The notes beneath the pieces were generated by a model. The model searched no databases and was not told the origin of the DNA. It saw nothing but the letters and a program-made list of their open reading frames with translations. 64,000 nucleotides of DNA from NCBI GenBank assembly GCA_964625535.1, contig CAZVEX010000002.1:85559-149558 (forward strand). The letters are read 5' to 3'. Below are positions 1 to 10,071 of this stretch, piece after piece (positions within the stretch are counted from its first letter, which is position 1; every line of letters begins with the position of its first letter). This DNA is from an uncultured Gammaproteobacteria bacterium. GTDB taxonomy: Bacteria; Patescibacteriota; Microgenomatia; Daviesbacterales; UBA10151. The translations under genes were made by a program, and so were the position numbers.

Positions 1-1559
1 GATGGCGTATAGGAACTCTCTCGCTTAAAATGTAACCTTTATCGTCTCTTTGTACTGTTGCCTCGGTAATAAAATGCTCCTCCTCATCGTCGCCGGACAG
101 ATAAATTAATTCATCGCTCACCTTTGCCTTACCTTTTAACTGAATTACCTTTCTGTACGGAGTTTCCAAAAATCCGAATTCGTTAATTCTGGAAAAAAGG
201 GCCATATACGTTACCAAGCCGATATTTTGACCTTCGGGAGAACGAATCGGGTCGATCCGGCCGTACTGGGAATGATTGATGTCTCTAACTGAAAATGAGG
301 CCCTGTCTCTGGTGATACCACCCGCTCCCATTACGGATAACCTTCTTAAATGGTCCAATTCGGAAAGAGGATTTACCTGATCCAAAATGCTGGAAAGCTG
401 TGAGGAACGGAAAAACTCATTAACGGCGGCAATAACCGGTTTGGCATTAATTAAACCCCCGGGAGTAATCTCCTGATCTGCAGCTGTTAAGCTCATTCTT
501 TCTTTAATTATTCTCTCCAGCCTTAATATGCCAATACGAAGAGCATTTTGCTGGACCAGCTCACCCGCGCATCTAACCCTTCTGTTAGCCAAATGGTCAA
601 TATCGTCAAGTTTACCCTCCCCTTTACTTAGCCCGATCAGATATTTTAAAGTGGCAATGATATCAGTTTTGGTTAAAATCCAGTTTTCGGCGCTATTTTT
701 TAGATCCAAACCCAATCTTTTGTTGATCTTAAACCTGCCCACCTTGGTTAAATTGTATCTCCTGCTTTGAAAAAACATCCCGTCCAGGAGATCGCGGGCA
801 TTTTCTAAAACCACCGGATCTCCCGGTCTCATTTTTCTAAAAATTTCCAGCAAGGCTTCTTCCATAGTGGCAGTAGGATCTTTTTGCAGCGTAGCTTCAA
901 TAATCTTGTCTTCTCCTGTGTCAACATCGCTGAATTGATCTATAATTTCCTGCGAGGAGGCAAAGCCCAGGGCGCGAAGAAGGGTGGTAACGGCAAACTT
1001 TCTTCTTCTGTCAATCTTCGCAGTTAAAACGCCTGTTCTGGATATGGAAAACTCGAGCCACGAACCGCGATAGGGCCTGATCTCCGCCTGGTACAATCTT
1101 TTGCCGGTAATAGGATCATCCACTGCGGAGAAGAAAACTCCGGGAGAGCGAACCAGTTGATTAATAATAACCCGCTCCACCCCGTTGATAATGAAAGTGC
1201 CCTTTTCGGTCATCTGGGGAATATCTCCCAAAAAAACCTCCTGCTTAAATCTTTGACCCGTTTGTTTGTTTATTAAAATCGCCTCAATTCGCAGCGGAGC
1301 ATCAAAAGTCACTCCTTTTTCCTTAGCCTGTTCCGGAGTATATTTGGATTTTCCAAAAGAAAAGGACCCTAGCTCCAGGGTCCAATTTTTGCCGGTAAAA
1401 TCTTCTACCGGGGAAATTTCATTCAAAACTTCCCTAATGCCTTCACTCAAAAACCAGTTATATGAATCAAGTTGGAGTTTAATTAAATTAAGCTGCGGGG
1501 TAAAGGCAGACTGTTTGGTAAAATTTTTACGTTTATTTTCTTTAATATTTTCAGACATT
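1..1559 (-). CDS. rpoB: DNA-directed RNA polymerase subunit beta, N-terminal portion (the 3' end lies beyond the window start)
   Basis: Reverse-complement translation from the ATG at 1559 gives MSENIKENKRKNFTKQSAFTPQLNLIKLQLDSYNWFLSEGIREV...GTFIINGVERVIINQLVRSPGVFF, a typical RpoB N-terminus. The frame stays open to position 1. It is absent from the ORF track because it is truncated by the window edge. Confidence 0.9.
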
Positions 1560-1680
1560 TGTAGATGGCCAAACCGGACAGGTTTTTGTTACTATGATCA
1601 ACAAAAAGAAGCATACTTTCAGTACGCCTACTTAAAAAATATTTAATTGTCCTTAATTTACCACAAGATATAGTGCCCTG
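1560..1680 (-). promoter_or_regulatory. Putative rpoB promoter region
   Basis: On the minus strand: TTGACA, an 18-nt spacer, then TAAATT, roughly 100 nt upstream of the rpoB ATG. The upstream gene is NUDIX rather than rplL, so rpoB needs its own promoter. Confidence 0.3.
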
Positions 1681-2091
1681 TCAATACCTCACTATCTTAA
1701 TGGCATTTTGGGCTGCGTGTTTTGCTTCTTCCCGAAGATCCATTTTATCCAACTCTTTTAAAGAAAACCATCCGTATTCTTCTTCCATCCTGATATTTTC
1801 CGGATTTTTGGCAAAAGCAAAATAAATAAAATCTATGTGGCAATGGGCAGCTTCTTTCCCATATTTCGGGATTTTTTCTTCCTGAATGCAAAACTGGTTT
1901 ACTAAAGTAATTTCCAAATCTGTTTCTTCTTTAGCTTCCCTGAGAACTGCTTGCTTTGGATTTTCCCCTTTTTCAACATGCCCGCCCACCCCTATCCAAA
2001 TCCCCAGCTTTTTATGCTTGTGCAAAAGAACCCTAAATTCTCCGCCTATTTTGGAAACTATATAAGCAGTCGCAGCAAAATGTTTAATCAT
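1681..2091 (-). CDS. NUDIX hydrolase
   Basis: Nudix box GGHVEKGENPKQAVLREAKEETDLEI, which follows the G-x5-E-x7-REUxEExGU pattern. Confidence 0.8.
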   Translation of the reverse strand: MIKHFAATAYIVSKIGGEFRVLLHKHKKLGIWIGVGGHVEKGENPKQAVLREAKEETDLEITLVNQFCIQEEKIPKYGKEAAHCHIDFIYFAFAKNPENIRMEEEYGWFSLKELDKMDLREEAKHAAQNAIKIVRY

Positions 2092-3044
2092 GGATTATTG
2101 GCTACATTCAGATTGTGTTCTTCCAGGGTTTTGGCATAGTAAGAATTGCCTTTGGAATCATGGTAATAATATAAATAGGGGGTATCGGGATCGGCGTTGG
2201 CCATGGCTTGCAGCGACGAAAGACCGGGATTGGCAATGGGGGCCGGAGGCAATCCTCTATACAAGTAGGTATTATAGGGAGAATCTATTTTTAAATCTTC
2301 TTTTGTCAGATGTCTTTTCCACCAGCTTTTTTCCTGACTCTGATAACCTAAAATATATTGCACTGTGGCATCGGCATTCAAACCCATATCAATTTTAAAT
2401 CTTTTAAGTAAAATTGATGCTATCTCGATTCTGGCTTTATCAGAACGGGCTTCTCTTTCTACAATGGACGCTAAAATAACCGCCTGGTTTTCTGTTAATC
2501 CCAAGGCTTTTACTTTAGAGCGAAGTTCCTGAGTAAATTTTTTTTCAAAATTATCCCGCATCATTTTGACAATTTGTTCTACAGTGACATCATTTGGGAA
2601 AAGGTAAGTATCCGGAAACATATATCCTTCTTTCGCATTCTTTAAAAATTCTGAGTTCGCAGTTCTTAATTCTGAATTTAGTCTATCTGCCATTTCCTCT
2701 ATTCTCCAACCCTCAATTAAAGTCACCCAAACTTCACTGGGTGTACCCGATAAAACTTTGACGATTTCGGGCGTTGACTGGGAAGGAGACAGTGTGAAAG
2801 TACCGGCAGATAGTCTGTTGGAAAAACCCTGCAATCTGGTGTACAAGGAAAAGATAAAAGCAGATTTAATTAGATTTTCTTTTTTAAGCTGATTGGCAAT
2901 CTCTGTTAAGCTTTTACCTTTGGCAATAATGACAGTTTTTGTTTGCGTATCTTTGCCAACCGGGCTAAGATTCATACTCCACCATCCTCTTATCACCATA
3001 AGCAGGATTAAAAAAATAGCAATTAGCGCAAACAATTTTCTCAT
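2088..3044 (-). CDS. mltG: Endolytic murein transglycosylase MltG/YceG
   Basis: N-terminal transmembrane segment and the YceG-like domain (FPDTYLF, QAVILASIVEREA, YNTYLYRGLPPAPIANPG). Confidence 0.8.
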   Translation of the reverse strand: MRKLFALIAIFLILLMVIRGWWSMNLSPVGKDTQTKTVIIAKGKSLTEIANQLKKENLIKSAFIFSLYTRLQGFSNRLSAGTFTLSPSQSTPEIVKVLSGTPSEVWVTLIEGWRIEEMADRLNSELRTANSEFLKNAKEGYMFPDTYLFPNDVTVEQIVKMMRDNFEKKFTQELRSKVKALGLTENQAVILASIVEREARSDKARIEIASILLKRFKIDMGLNADATVQYILGYQSQEKSWWKRHLTKEDLKIDSPYNTYLYRGLPPAPIANPGLSSLQAMANADPDTPYLYYYHDSKGNSYYAKTLEEHNLNVANNP

Positions 3045-3415
3045 TTTGTATCCAAATAATCTTGTAAAATTATGGCAGCAGAGTAAGCGTCATTAACCAA
3101 TCTTTTTTTCCTGGGAACATTTAACTTGACCATTTGGGAAACGGCAATTTGCGAAGACAGCGTCTCGTCAGCTTCCGCTACCTCAAAACCCGAAGCTCTA
3201 AGTAACTTAACCAATCTTTTGACCAATTTGGCCATCTTACCCTCCGGTAATCCTACTACAATCTTATCAAACAAAGAAGCTTCTTTTTGTAATTGTTGTA
3301 ACAGGTTATAAAAGCTGGAACCTTCTATTACTTTCCAGGGAGAAGCAATTGTACCTTCCGAACGGGCCAGACCTATTCTTTTTAATCCAAAATCCACTCC
3401 GAGATATTTCATCAC
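3041..3415 (-). CDS. ruvX: Holliday junction resolvase-like RNase RuvX/YqgF
   Basis: LGVDFGLKRIGLA N-terminal motif and a 124-aa length typical of YqgF. Confidence 0.85.
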   Translation of the reverse strand: MMKYLGVDFGLKRIGLARSEGTIASPWKVIEGSSFYNLLQQLQKEASLFDKIVVGLPEGKMAKLVKRLVKLLRASGFEVAEADETLSSQIAVSQMVKLNVPRKKRLVNDAYSAAIILQDYLDTK

Positions 3416-4056
3416 AACATTTTACCCAAAACAATTAATCTTTTTAAGTTTAACCCCGGCGGCACGCAAGTCATTAAGGAGATGTATCTACCCAAGTTAT
3501 CCGGTGGAGATATTACCGACAGATCTGTTGGGTCAACTACTTTTAATTCCACAACTTTATAGTAAAATTTTACCCCATTTGCCTCTACTATAATTTGATC
3601 GCCTTTTTTCATATTGGCAAGTGTGGCAAAAGGAGCCGTTTTAAAACTAAATAAGGTAGAAAGAGCCGAATGACCGGAAATAAAAACATTGCCCTTTTCC
3701 CCGGGCAGAGCAGATCCGGGCAGGTGAACCAGTCCTGCCTGTAAATCGTTGCTGTCTACTTTAACCGCCAGATTTTCCATCTTGATGGCAGGTACTGTTA
3801 AACGAAATTCCGAGTAGATGGAGATGGTCTCCCTTTTAAGATCCGAAACAAAACTTGGGAAATTATTTTGGTTCTTGATAGAGATCCCCAAAACCTCTCT
3901 GTCCTGCTGCTGTCTTGGGCTGATTAATATTTGCCCGGAATATTTTTGGCCGATTTGCCAAAACTCAAAAGTCGCCAGGGGTAAAATTACCTGGATTAAA
4001 ATAAAGATCCCCACAGTTAAAAAGCCCAGTGATAAAAATTTGCCGGCGGTTATCAT
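3412..4056 (-). CDS. Sortase family transpeptidase
   Basis: N-terminal transmembrane segment, catalytic His in ISGHS, and the TLxTC-type motif SLMTCVP. Confidence 0.75.
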   Translation of the reverse strand: MITAGKFLSLGFLTVGIFILIQVILPLATFEFWQIGQKYSGQILISPRQQQDREVLGISIKNQNNFPSFVSDLKRETISIYSEFRLTVPAIKMENLAVKVDSNDLQAGLVHLPGSALPGEKGNVFISGHSALSTLFSFKTAPFATLANMKKGDQIIVEANGVKFYYKVVELKVVDPTDLSVISPPDNLGRYISLMTCVPPGLNLKRLIVLGKML

Positions 4057-6215
4057 TTGAGTCCCACTTCAATTTTAATGTTTCTTTCTAAGATCGGCAC
4101 TCTAGCCAGAAAACCGGGTAAGGCGGGAACGAGTTTAATTTCAGAACCTAAAACATTCTCATAGCTTTTTAAAATTTCCCCAACTTTGGCCACACTCCTA
4201 CCCGCAATCTTACTCTTAATTTCCCCTTCATCTATTTGCGGCATCAGTTTAGCTTTGAAACGAGCTAAAAATATTAGCTTACCGTCTTTTTCCAGCTTGG
4301 AAACATCAGTTTGAGTTTCAGTGCTTGCCAAATCCAACTGATAGCCTTCCGGAACTTGGGTAGTCACCAGTTTACCCACAATTTGTTTTAAATCTTTTTC
4401 TTCAAAAGCAGTGCCTTTAAACTTGATTGTTAAATCTAGCGAAAACTCACCTGCCTGATCATTGATGTTTTTGTTATAGCTTTTCTTGACAATCTCTTCT
4501 GTCAGCGCCTCTTCCAAAATTTTTTTGCCTGGCAGTTTTTCCTGTAGCTTTTGCTTTGCTTGTCTGCGAAGATCAGAAGCTAAACTGGCCAATAATCTTT
4601 TTTGGTCCGCTTCAGATACCACTGTCACCTCTTTTGAGGTACCGCCTGAAAAATTCCCCTCTGCCACAATTGCCACTCCGGAATTGGCAGAACTAAATTG
4701 AGTTCCGGAAGCAAGATTTCCATCAGCTCCAGCTACAACCGCTGTAACAGAAGCCGTTGCAGTAGCTTTGGTATCGGCAGTGGCCGATGTAGACGCTATA
4801 TTTATTGTTGTATCAAGTGTAAATTTCAAACCGTTTGATGAAATCGCAGTTCCTTTTGAAAGTGTTTGCGCATCAGCACTATTGTTGATTATTTTAACTG
4901 TCCCTTTTGCCGAATCTCCTACTGTTTTTTTGCCGCTTGAGAGATCCTTGGAGGATCCGGATACTTCTGTTTCTATAGACTGGCCGGGGATTATTTTACT
5001 TTCTTCGTTAACTGCAGAAACTGCAGGATCGGCCACTACTTGAGTATCTTTTTCCAAAACTTTTGGCTCAACGAAAATTTTAACCTCTGCCCTAGGCAAA
5101 AATAGATAAATTAAAATCAAGGCCGCCGCCAAAGTAGCGGGGATTAATAAGCGTCTGCTTTTAAGTCTTAACTTTGGAATAAATCTCCTCCCTGTTCCTG
5201 CATTTGGTTCAAAATCCTCCTGTTCCACCACGGCCAGCGACTGCGCCGGTTCGCTTTCCTCGTTTGCCGGCATTTCCTCCTCTTCTTGTTTGGATACATC
5301 ACCTACTATAAATCCCAGATTTCCCCCCACCGATCTTTCGATCTGTTCCTCTCCCAGTTCTTCTATATGTTCTTTAGAAATCTCTGCGGGTTCTTCAGGT
5401 GCCTCCTTAGGCATTTTTGTCACCACTTCTTTCTTAGTTTCCTGAACAGTTGGTACATAATAAACCTCGCTTTGAATTTCCGAAGCTCCGGCCAGACAAA
5501 TGCTTTTGACAACCACTTCATCTTCCAGAGTTTCGATTTTAGGAAAATGCAGGAAAGATAGTTTGCTCATCCAGGTAAAAGACAAAAGATGGGCTTTCAG
5601 CTTTTCCAGTTCATCTTGATCCTCTCCATAAATCAGGATCTTGGAGGGTAGGGTTTCCACATCTATAAACTGCAGTAGGGCCTTCTCAATATCCGCTCCG
5701 CTATTTTCGCCTCTTTCCACCACTTTGGTGCCATCCAGTTTGCCCGCTCTTGCCACAGTTACTTCCAGGTATTTTGCATCAAAACCCACCAGGATGGCAG
5801 TAGTAGGCACACCTTCCTTTTTTTCCAAAAAATGCAAAAGGGCGTGGGAAGTGGCCACGTAGGCCATTGGTTCAAGTTCCAATTCTTTGACAATATTTCT
5901 AAGCAGTTTTAAGTATTCTTCTCTCAAATCCTCGTCCTGAAGAAAGTGACCCGGCACGCCGAATAAAATCTTTTTCGGTTCTACTGCTGCTTCGCCTAAA
6001 ACTTCATCCAGCAGTTTATCCGTTACCCCTACTATCCCCGCGTTGGAAGAGTAATTATCAGATGCTGTGGATAAAATTTTAAGTTCTTTATCTTCAATAC
6101 TCCACAAAGCGGCAGTGAGCTGTTCCTGGCCAATGTTCAAGGCAAAAAAGTATTCTGGTACAATTTCTTTTTTGCCAAAGGGTATGAGGGCAGTGAGTCT
6201 TTGGAAGACACTCAT
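4053..6215 (-). CDS. PilM/FtsA-like actin-fold N-domain, acidic linker, transmembrane segment and a large Thr/Ala/Ser-rich extracellular domain (hypothetical fusion protein)
   Basis: The N-terminal ~250 aa look like a PilM/FtsA-type ATPase fold. They are followed by a Glu-rich linker, a single transmembrane helix (LLIPATLAAALILIYLFLP) and about 350 aa of extracytoplasmic sequence. The gene sits next to the sortase. Confidence 0.4.
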   Translation of the reverse strand: MSVFQRLTALIPFGKKEIVPEYFFALNIGQEQLTAALWSIEDKELKILSTASDNYSSNAGIVGVTDKLLDEVLGEAAVEPKKILFGVPGHFLQDEDLREEYLKLLRNIVKELELEPMAYVATSHALLHFLEKKEGVPTTAILVGFDAKYLEVTVARAGKLDGTKVVERGENSGADIEKALLQFIDVETLPSKILIYGEDQDELEKLKAHLLSFTWMSKLSFLHFPKIETLEDEVVVKSICLAGASEIQSEVYYVPTVQETKKEVVTKMPKEAPEEPAEISKEHIEELGEEQIERSVGGNLGFIVGDVSKQEEEEMPANEESEPAQSLAVVEQEDFEPNAGTGRRFIPKLRLKSRRLLIPATLAAALILIYLFLPRAEVKIFVEPKVLEKDTQVVADPAVSAVNEESKIIPGQSIETEVSGSSKDLSSGKKTVGDSAKGTVKIINNSADAQTLSKGTAISSNGLKFTLDTTINIASTSATADTKATATASVTAVVAGADGNLASGTQFSSANSGVAIVAEGNFSGGTSKEVTVVSEADQKRLLASLASDLRRQAKQKLQEKLPGKKILEEALTEEIVKKSYNKNINDQAGEFSLDLTIKFKGTAFEEKDLKQIVGKLVTTQVPEGYQLDLASTETQTDVSKLEKDGKLIFLARFKAKLMPQIDEGEIKSKIAGRSVAKVGEILKSYENVLGSEIKLVPALPGFLARVPILERNIKIEVGLK

Positions 6216-8083
6216 AAGGCTATCTTAGCATAAATGCGTCTTATGCCGAAAGATACGGCTTCTTCTTTAGTAATTTCGATTTGACCGATTACTCCGGTAT
6301 GCTCAACATGAGGACCGCCGCAAAATTCCAAAGAATAATATCCTCCTCTATCCCGCTGATCTTTTGCCTCTGGATCCAGCTTAAACTGTGGCCCAACTCC
6401 ATAAATACTAACTTTATCTGCATACTTTTCATCAAATAAACCAATAGCGTTCATTTGCTTTGCCTGATCTAATGGAATATTCATATGGTCAACTTTCAAA
6501 TCATCTTTTATTCTTTGATTAACCAAGTCTTCGGTTTTTTTTATTTCCTCATCTGTCATTTTTCGATCAAAAGAAAAATCAAAACGAAGCCGCTCGGCTG
6601 TAATATTAGATCCTTTTTGAAAAACCGCCGGGCCTAAAACATCCCTCAAGGCCTGATGCAAAAGATGAGTAGCAGTATGGTATTTAATTTCAGTTTCAGA
6701 ATGTCCAGCTAAACCACCTTTAAAAACTCCTTTAAGCGTAGGTCTTGATACCTCTTGATGTTTTTTAAATTCTTCATCGTATTCATCCTGATTAAATTCA
6801 TATCCTTGTGCTCGCAATTGCTCAGGTGAAAACCCATGTGTTGAATAAAGATCGAAAGCTCTCTTTCCAGGAATTTGCTTTTCAGGTGGTAAAGTAGTTG
6901 TAGTTGTTGTAATTAAATTTTGATAAGAATCAATTTCATTTTTTGTTACATTCACTATGTAACTTTCTTTTTCTCCCAGATATTTATAGCTTTCTTCTTC
7001 TGAATATATTTGGATAATTTCCTTTATTGCACTTTGAATAATTTTCCAGCTTTCATACGGATTTGATGGGTGAGAACTTGTTGTTGTAGTATTTGTATCT
7101 GAAGAAGTTGCCGTGCTTGTCGTAGAAGAACCTGTGATAGAAATCTTATCATATATATTTTTTATCAATCTTCTTAGCACAGAACCTCTTTTATCTTTAG
7201 AATCTGGGTCTATCCCTTCAGCTATCAGAAAAACTGCTGCTTTTAAATGATCTGCAATGATTCTTTCAGATTTTTTGCTATATTTATTTGATGATTTTCT
7301 AATTTCTTCAATTATTGGCAAAAATAAATCAGTTTCATAGTCATTATCTTTTCCATTCAAAACTGCCAAAGTTCTTTCCAAACCCATTCCTGTATCAACA
7401 TTTTTCTGCGGTAATTCCTCTAAAGTGCCGTCTTCCTTTCTGTTAAATTCCATAAACACATCATTCCAAACCTCTATCCATTTTGGATTTTTGGGATCAA
7501 ATTCTTCTGGAACTTGACCTTGCCCTGTCCAAATAAACATTTCAGTATCTGGACCGCATGGTCCAAAAGAAGAAGGGTTAGTTGGCCACCAATTTGCTTC
7601 TTTTCCTAGATATGCAATTTTCTTCTCCGGAATACCTAAACTTTTCCATTTATTAGCAGATTCTTCATCTTTTGGTGTATCTTTATCTCCGGCAAAAACA
7701 GAAATCGCTAACTTTTCTATAGGAACTTTCAATTCTTCTGTTAAGAATTTAAACGATAGTTCTATTGCTTCATCTTTCCAATAATCCCCTAACGACCAAT
7801 TGCCTAGCATCTCAAAAAAAGTATGATGAGTTGCATCTCCAACTTGTTCAATATCGTCTGTCCTTAAACATTTTTGAACATCTGCTAATCTTTTCCCTTT
7901 AGGATGAGGTTTACCCATCAGATAAGGAATGAGCGGTTGCATTCCAGCACTGGTAAACAAAACCCTTTCTTTACCAGCTAATTGTTCCTCTTCTGAAGGT
8001 ACCAGTGAAGCTGATGGAATAATTACATGATCATTTTTCTCAAAAAAATCTAAAAACTTTTTTCTTAATGTTTTAGAATCCAT
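6212..8083 (-). CDS. alaS: Alanine--tRNA ligase, short form lacking the C-Ala domain
   Basis: Class II catalytic core (FTSAGMQPLIPY, GNWSLGDYWK), the editing-domain HxxxH and CGGPHV motifs, and a length of 623 aa. It contains Ser/Thr-rich low-complexity inserts. Confidence 0.9.
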   Translation of the reverse strand: MDSKTLRKKFLDFFEKNDHVIIPSASLVPSEEEQLAGKERVLFTSAGMQPLIPYLMGKPHPKGKRLADVQKCLRTDDIEQVGDATHHTFFEMLGNWSLGDYWKDEAIELSFKFLTEELKVPIEKLAISVFAGDKDTPKDEESANKWKSLGIPEKKIAYLGKEANWWPTNPSSFGPCGPDTEMFIWTGQGQVPEEFDPKNPKWIEVWNDVFMEFNRKEDGTLEELPQKNVDTGMGLERTLAVLNGKDNDYETDLFLPIIEEIRKSSNKYSKKSERIIADHLKAAVFLIAEGIDPDSKDKRGSVLRRLIKNIYDKISITGSSTTSTATSSDTNTTTTSSHPSNPYESWKIIQSAIKEIIQIYSEEESYKYLGEKESYIVNVTKNEIDSYQNLITTTTTTLPPEKQIPGKRAFDLYSTHGFSPEQLRAQGYEFNQDEYDEEFKKHQEVSRPTLKGVFKGGLAGHSETEIKYHTATHLLHQALRDVLGPAVFQKGSNITAERLRFDFSFDRKMTDEEIKKTEDLVNQRIKDDLKVDHMNIPLDQAKQMNAIGLFDEKYADKVSIYGVGPQFKLDPEAKDQRDRGGYYSLEFCGGPHVEHTGVIGQIEITKEEAVSFGIRRIYAKIAL

Positions 8084-8100
8084 GAAGCCAGTATAACCGA

Positions 8101-8361
8101 TTAAAGAACCTTTTTGTAGAATCTTTTGGATTTTGGTTTGGCCTTGGCCCCTTTTCCCAAAGCAGTCATCAGGGTTGATGCCGCTGCCACTGGTTTTTCA
8201 ATATCTTTGGCAATCTCCTCACTTGTTTCCAAAACTTTATTGAGCCTTTTTAGGGCCAGGTGTAAATCACGCAAAATAAAAAAAACCTGAATGCCGGTAA
8301 AAGTTAAAAATGAAGCTAAAAGCAATATTAAAAAAATTAAAGCAATTTGCAACAAATCCAT
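8101..8361 (-). CDS. Small membrane protein (hypothetical)
   Basis: One N-terminal transmembrane helix followed by a charged tail. No family is recognised. Confidence 0.4.
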   Translation of the reverse strand: MDLLQIALIFLILLLASFLTFTGIQVFFILRDLHLALKRLNKVLETSEEIAKDIEKPVAAASTLMTALGKGAKAKPKSKRFYKKVL

Positions 8362-8374
8362 GGGGTAAACTATA

Positions 8375-9016
8375 TCATAATTTCTTCAAAAACACATTTC
8401 TTTCAATTTTTGAAACTTTGCCGCTCGGTGAAGTGGCGGATACAACAATGGCGTTGCTGCCTTCTGTCAAATTAATTTCCTGGGCAAATTTACCGTCAAT
8501 ACCGGCTTGAATTTCCTGATTGTTAATGCTCACTTTAGCCTCGGGATCAGTCCTGCCGGAAACTAAGATAGTAGATGTTTCAACACCAATTTGATTAACA
8601 GGTTGCGTCACTTCCAAAAACGGCGCACCGGTTAAAAAACGGTATTCAAACCAAAGATAGACAAAAAAGACGGCAATCATTGAAAGAACCGTTAGTCCCA
8701 CAAATTTGGCCGGGGTGAGAGCAAATTTTTTTCTATCCAAAGGGTTACTAAAAGATTCTAAAATTCTGGGAGGATTTTTCCCTTCGGAAAATTCCCGGCG
8801 GTAAATTGCCAGAAGCTTATTGGTTTCTAACCCTAAGAAACGGCCATAATTTTTGATAAAACCCCTAACAAAAGTGGGGGGAGGAAGTTTTGAATATTGA
8901 TCTTTTTCTAAAGCTTCAAGTAATTCTCTTCTTATTTTTGTAGCTTTTTCAATCTCATCGAGAGTATAAAACTTCCTCTCTCGTTCCTCTTTTAAAATCT
9001 GTCCTGCAGTTCTCAT
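8375..9016 (-). CDS. RodZ-like HTH domain cytoskeleton protein
   Basis: N-terminal XRE/HTH_25-like region (ILKEERERKFYTLDEIEKATKIRRELLEALE...FVRGFIKNYGRFLGL) followed by a transmembrane segment and a C-terminal domain. Confidence 0.7.
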   Translation of the reverse strand: MRTAGQILKEERERKFYTLDEIEKATKIRRELLEALEKDQYSKLPPPTFVRGFIKNYGRFLGLETNKLLAIYRREFSEGKNPPRILESFSNPLDRKKFALTPAKFVGLTVLSMIAVFFVYLWFEYRFLTGAPFLEVTQPVNQIGVETSTILVSGRTDPEAKVSINNQEIQAGIDGKFAQEINLTEGSNAIVVSATSPSGKVSKIERNVFLKKL

Positions 9017-9046
9017 GCAATTTAGGATTGTACCAAAAATAACCAG

Positions 9047-9082
9047 TTGACATAAAGCTGCTAACTTTTTAATATACAGCTA
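9047..9082 (+). promoter_or_regulatory. Sigma70-like promoter for the 9083 ORF
   Basis: TTGACA at 9047-9052, a 17-nt spacer, and TAATAT at 9070-9075. The ATG at 9083 is only ~7 nt downstream, which implies a leaderless transcript. Confidence 0.5.
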
Positions 9083-9619
9083 ATGCCTGATGCTGCTGAA
9101 ATTACAACACAAAATCACCCCCCTCCTCCACCAAGCGGAGATCCTCAAAAGGCGGCCAAATATGTTGACCAATTAATTGCTTTCATAGAAGAAGATAAAT
9201 TAACTATCCATCATACGGATTTGGGCATGTTTGATCCTTCGCCGCTGCAGGACCATTTTAGAATAGACCTGGAAGAATATCAGGTGGAGATCAGCCACAG
9301 CAAACATCCACAGTCAGGTAAAGATTCTTATGTAATGCTATTTACCAATTTGAAAAATGTGGCAGATGGCAACTGCGAAAAGATCATTTTAGCTTACATG
9401 CATTTGGACGACAGTCAATTTATGCATTTAAGGAATGCATATACGGAACAGGTTGACAGAAAGAGGAAAGCGGAAGAGGAAAAAAGGTTAAAAGATGCTC
9501 TACTGCCAATAGATCAGGCTTTGGAAAACATTAGTCCTGGACGTAAAACTTTTACTCCTGCATCAGAAAGCACTATTAATGCAGACGGTTTGGATATTAT
9601 TTCCCCGCCATCAATGTAA
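9083..9619 (+). CDS. Hypothetical protein
   Basis: 178-aa ORF with a non-repetitive, charged composition and a consensus promoter. Its 3' end overlaps convergent tsaC by about 105 nt. No recognisable family. Confidence 0.4.
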   Translation: MPDAAEITTQNHPPPPPSGDPQKAAKYVDQLIAFIEEDKLTIHHTDLGMFDPSPLQDHFRIDLEEYQVEISHSKHPQSGKDSYVMLFTNLKNVADGNCEKIILAYMHLDDSQFMHLRNAYTEQVDRKRKAEEEKRLKDALLPIDQALENISPGRKTFTPASESTINADGLDIISPPSM

Positions 9620-10071
9620 AAATCAACCTTACCCCCAAAATATTTTTTGGCTTCATCTAAAGTTTGCGCGGGTTTCGCTCCTTCAATATTGGCAGATGGC
9701 GCAACTAAGGGACCAACCTCTTGCAGCAACTCCAGCAATTTTTCATTTTTTGGCATCCTAAAAGCCAAACTATTTGTTCCTCTATGCAAATAAAAGAATC
9801 GCTCGCTTCGACAGGGTAAAATCACGCTCAAAGGATTTGGCCAACATTTTTTTAAAAAAACTTCTTGCTTTTTGGTTAATTTAATATCAAACTTTTTTAA
9901 ATCTTTTATAGATGAAATTAAAATAATAAAGGGCTTATTTTTTGATCTTCTTCTTAAAGTATAAATTTTTTCAACAGTTTGGGGATTTAATGCCGAACCA
10001 ACTATTCCATAAATAGTATCTGTGGGCATCACTCCAATCCCACCATTTTTTAAAATATCTACTATATCCAT
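9514..10071 (-). CDS. tsaC: L-threonylcarbamoyladenylate synthase (TsaC/YrdC family)
   Basis: YrdC fold motifs PTDTIYGI, KNKPFIILISS, LVAPSANIEGAKP. Confidence 0.85.
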   Translation of the reverse strand: MDIVDILKNGGIGVMPTDTIYGIVGSALNPQTVEKIYTLRRRSKNKPFIILISSIKDLKKFDIKLTKKQEVFLKKCWPNPLSVILPCRSERFFYLHRGTNSLAFRMPKNEKLLELLQEVGPLVAPSANIEGAKPAQTLDEAKKYFGGKVDFYIDGGEIISKPSALIVLSDAGVKVLRPGLMFSKA

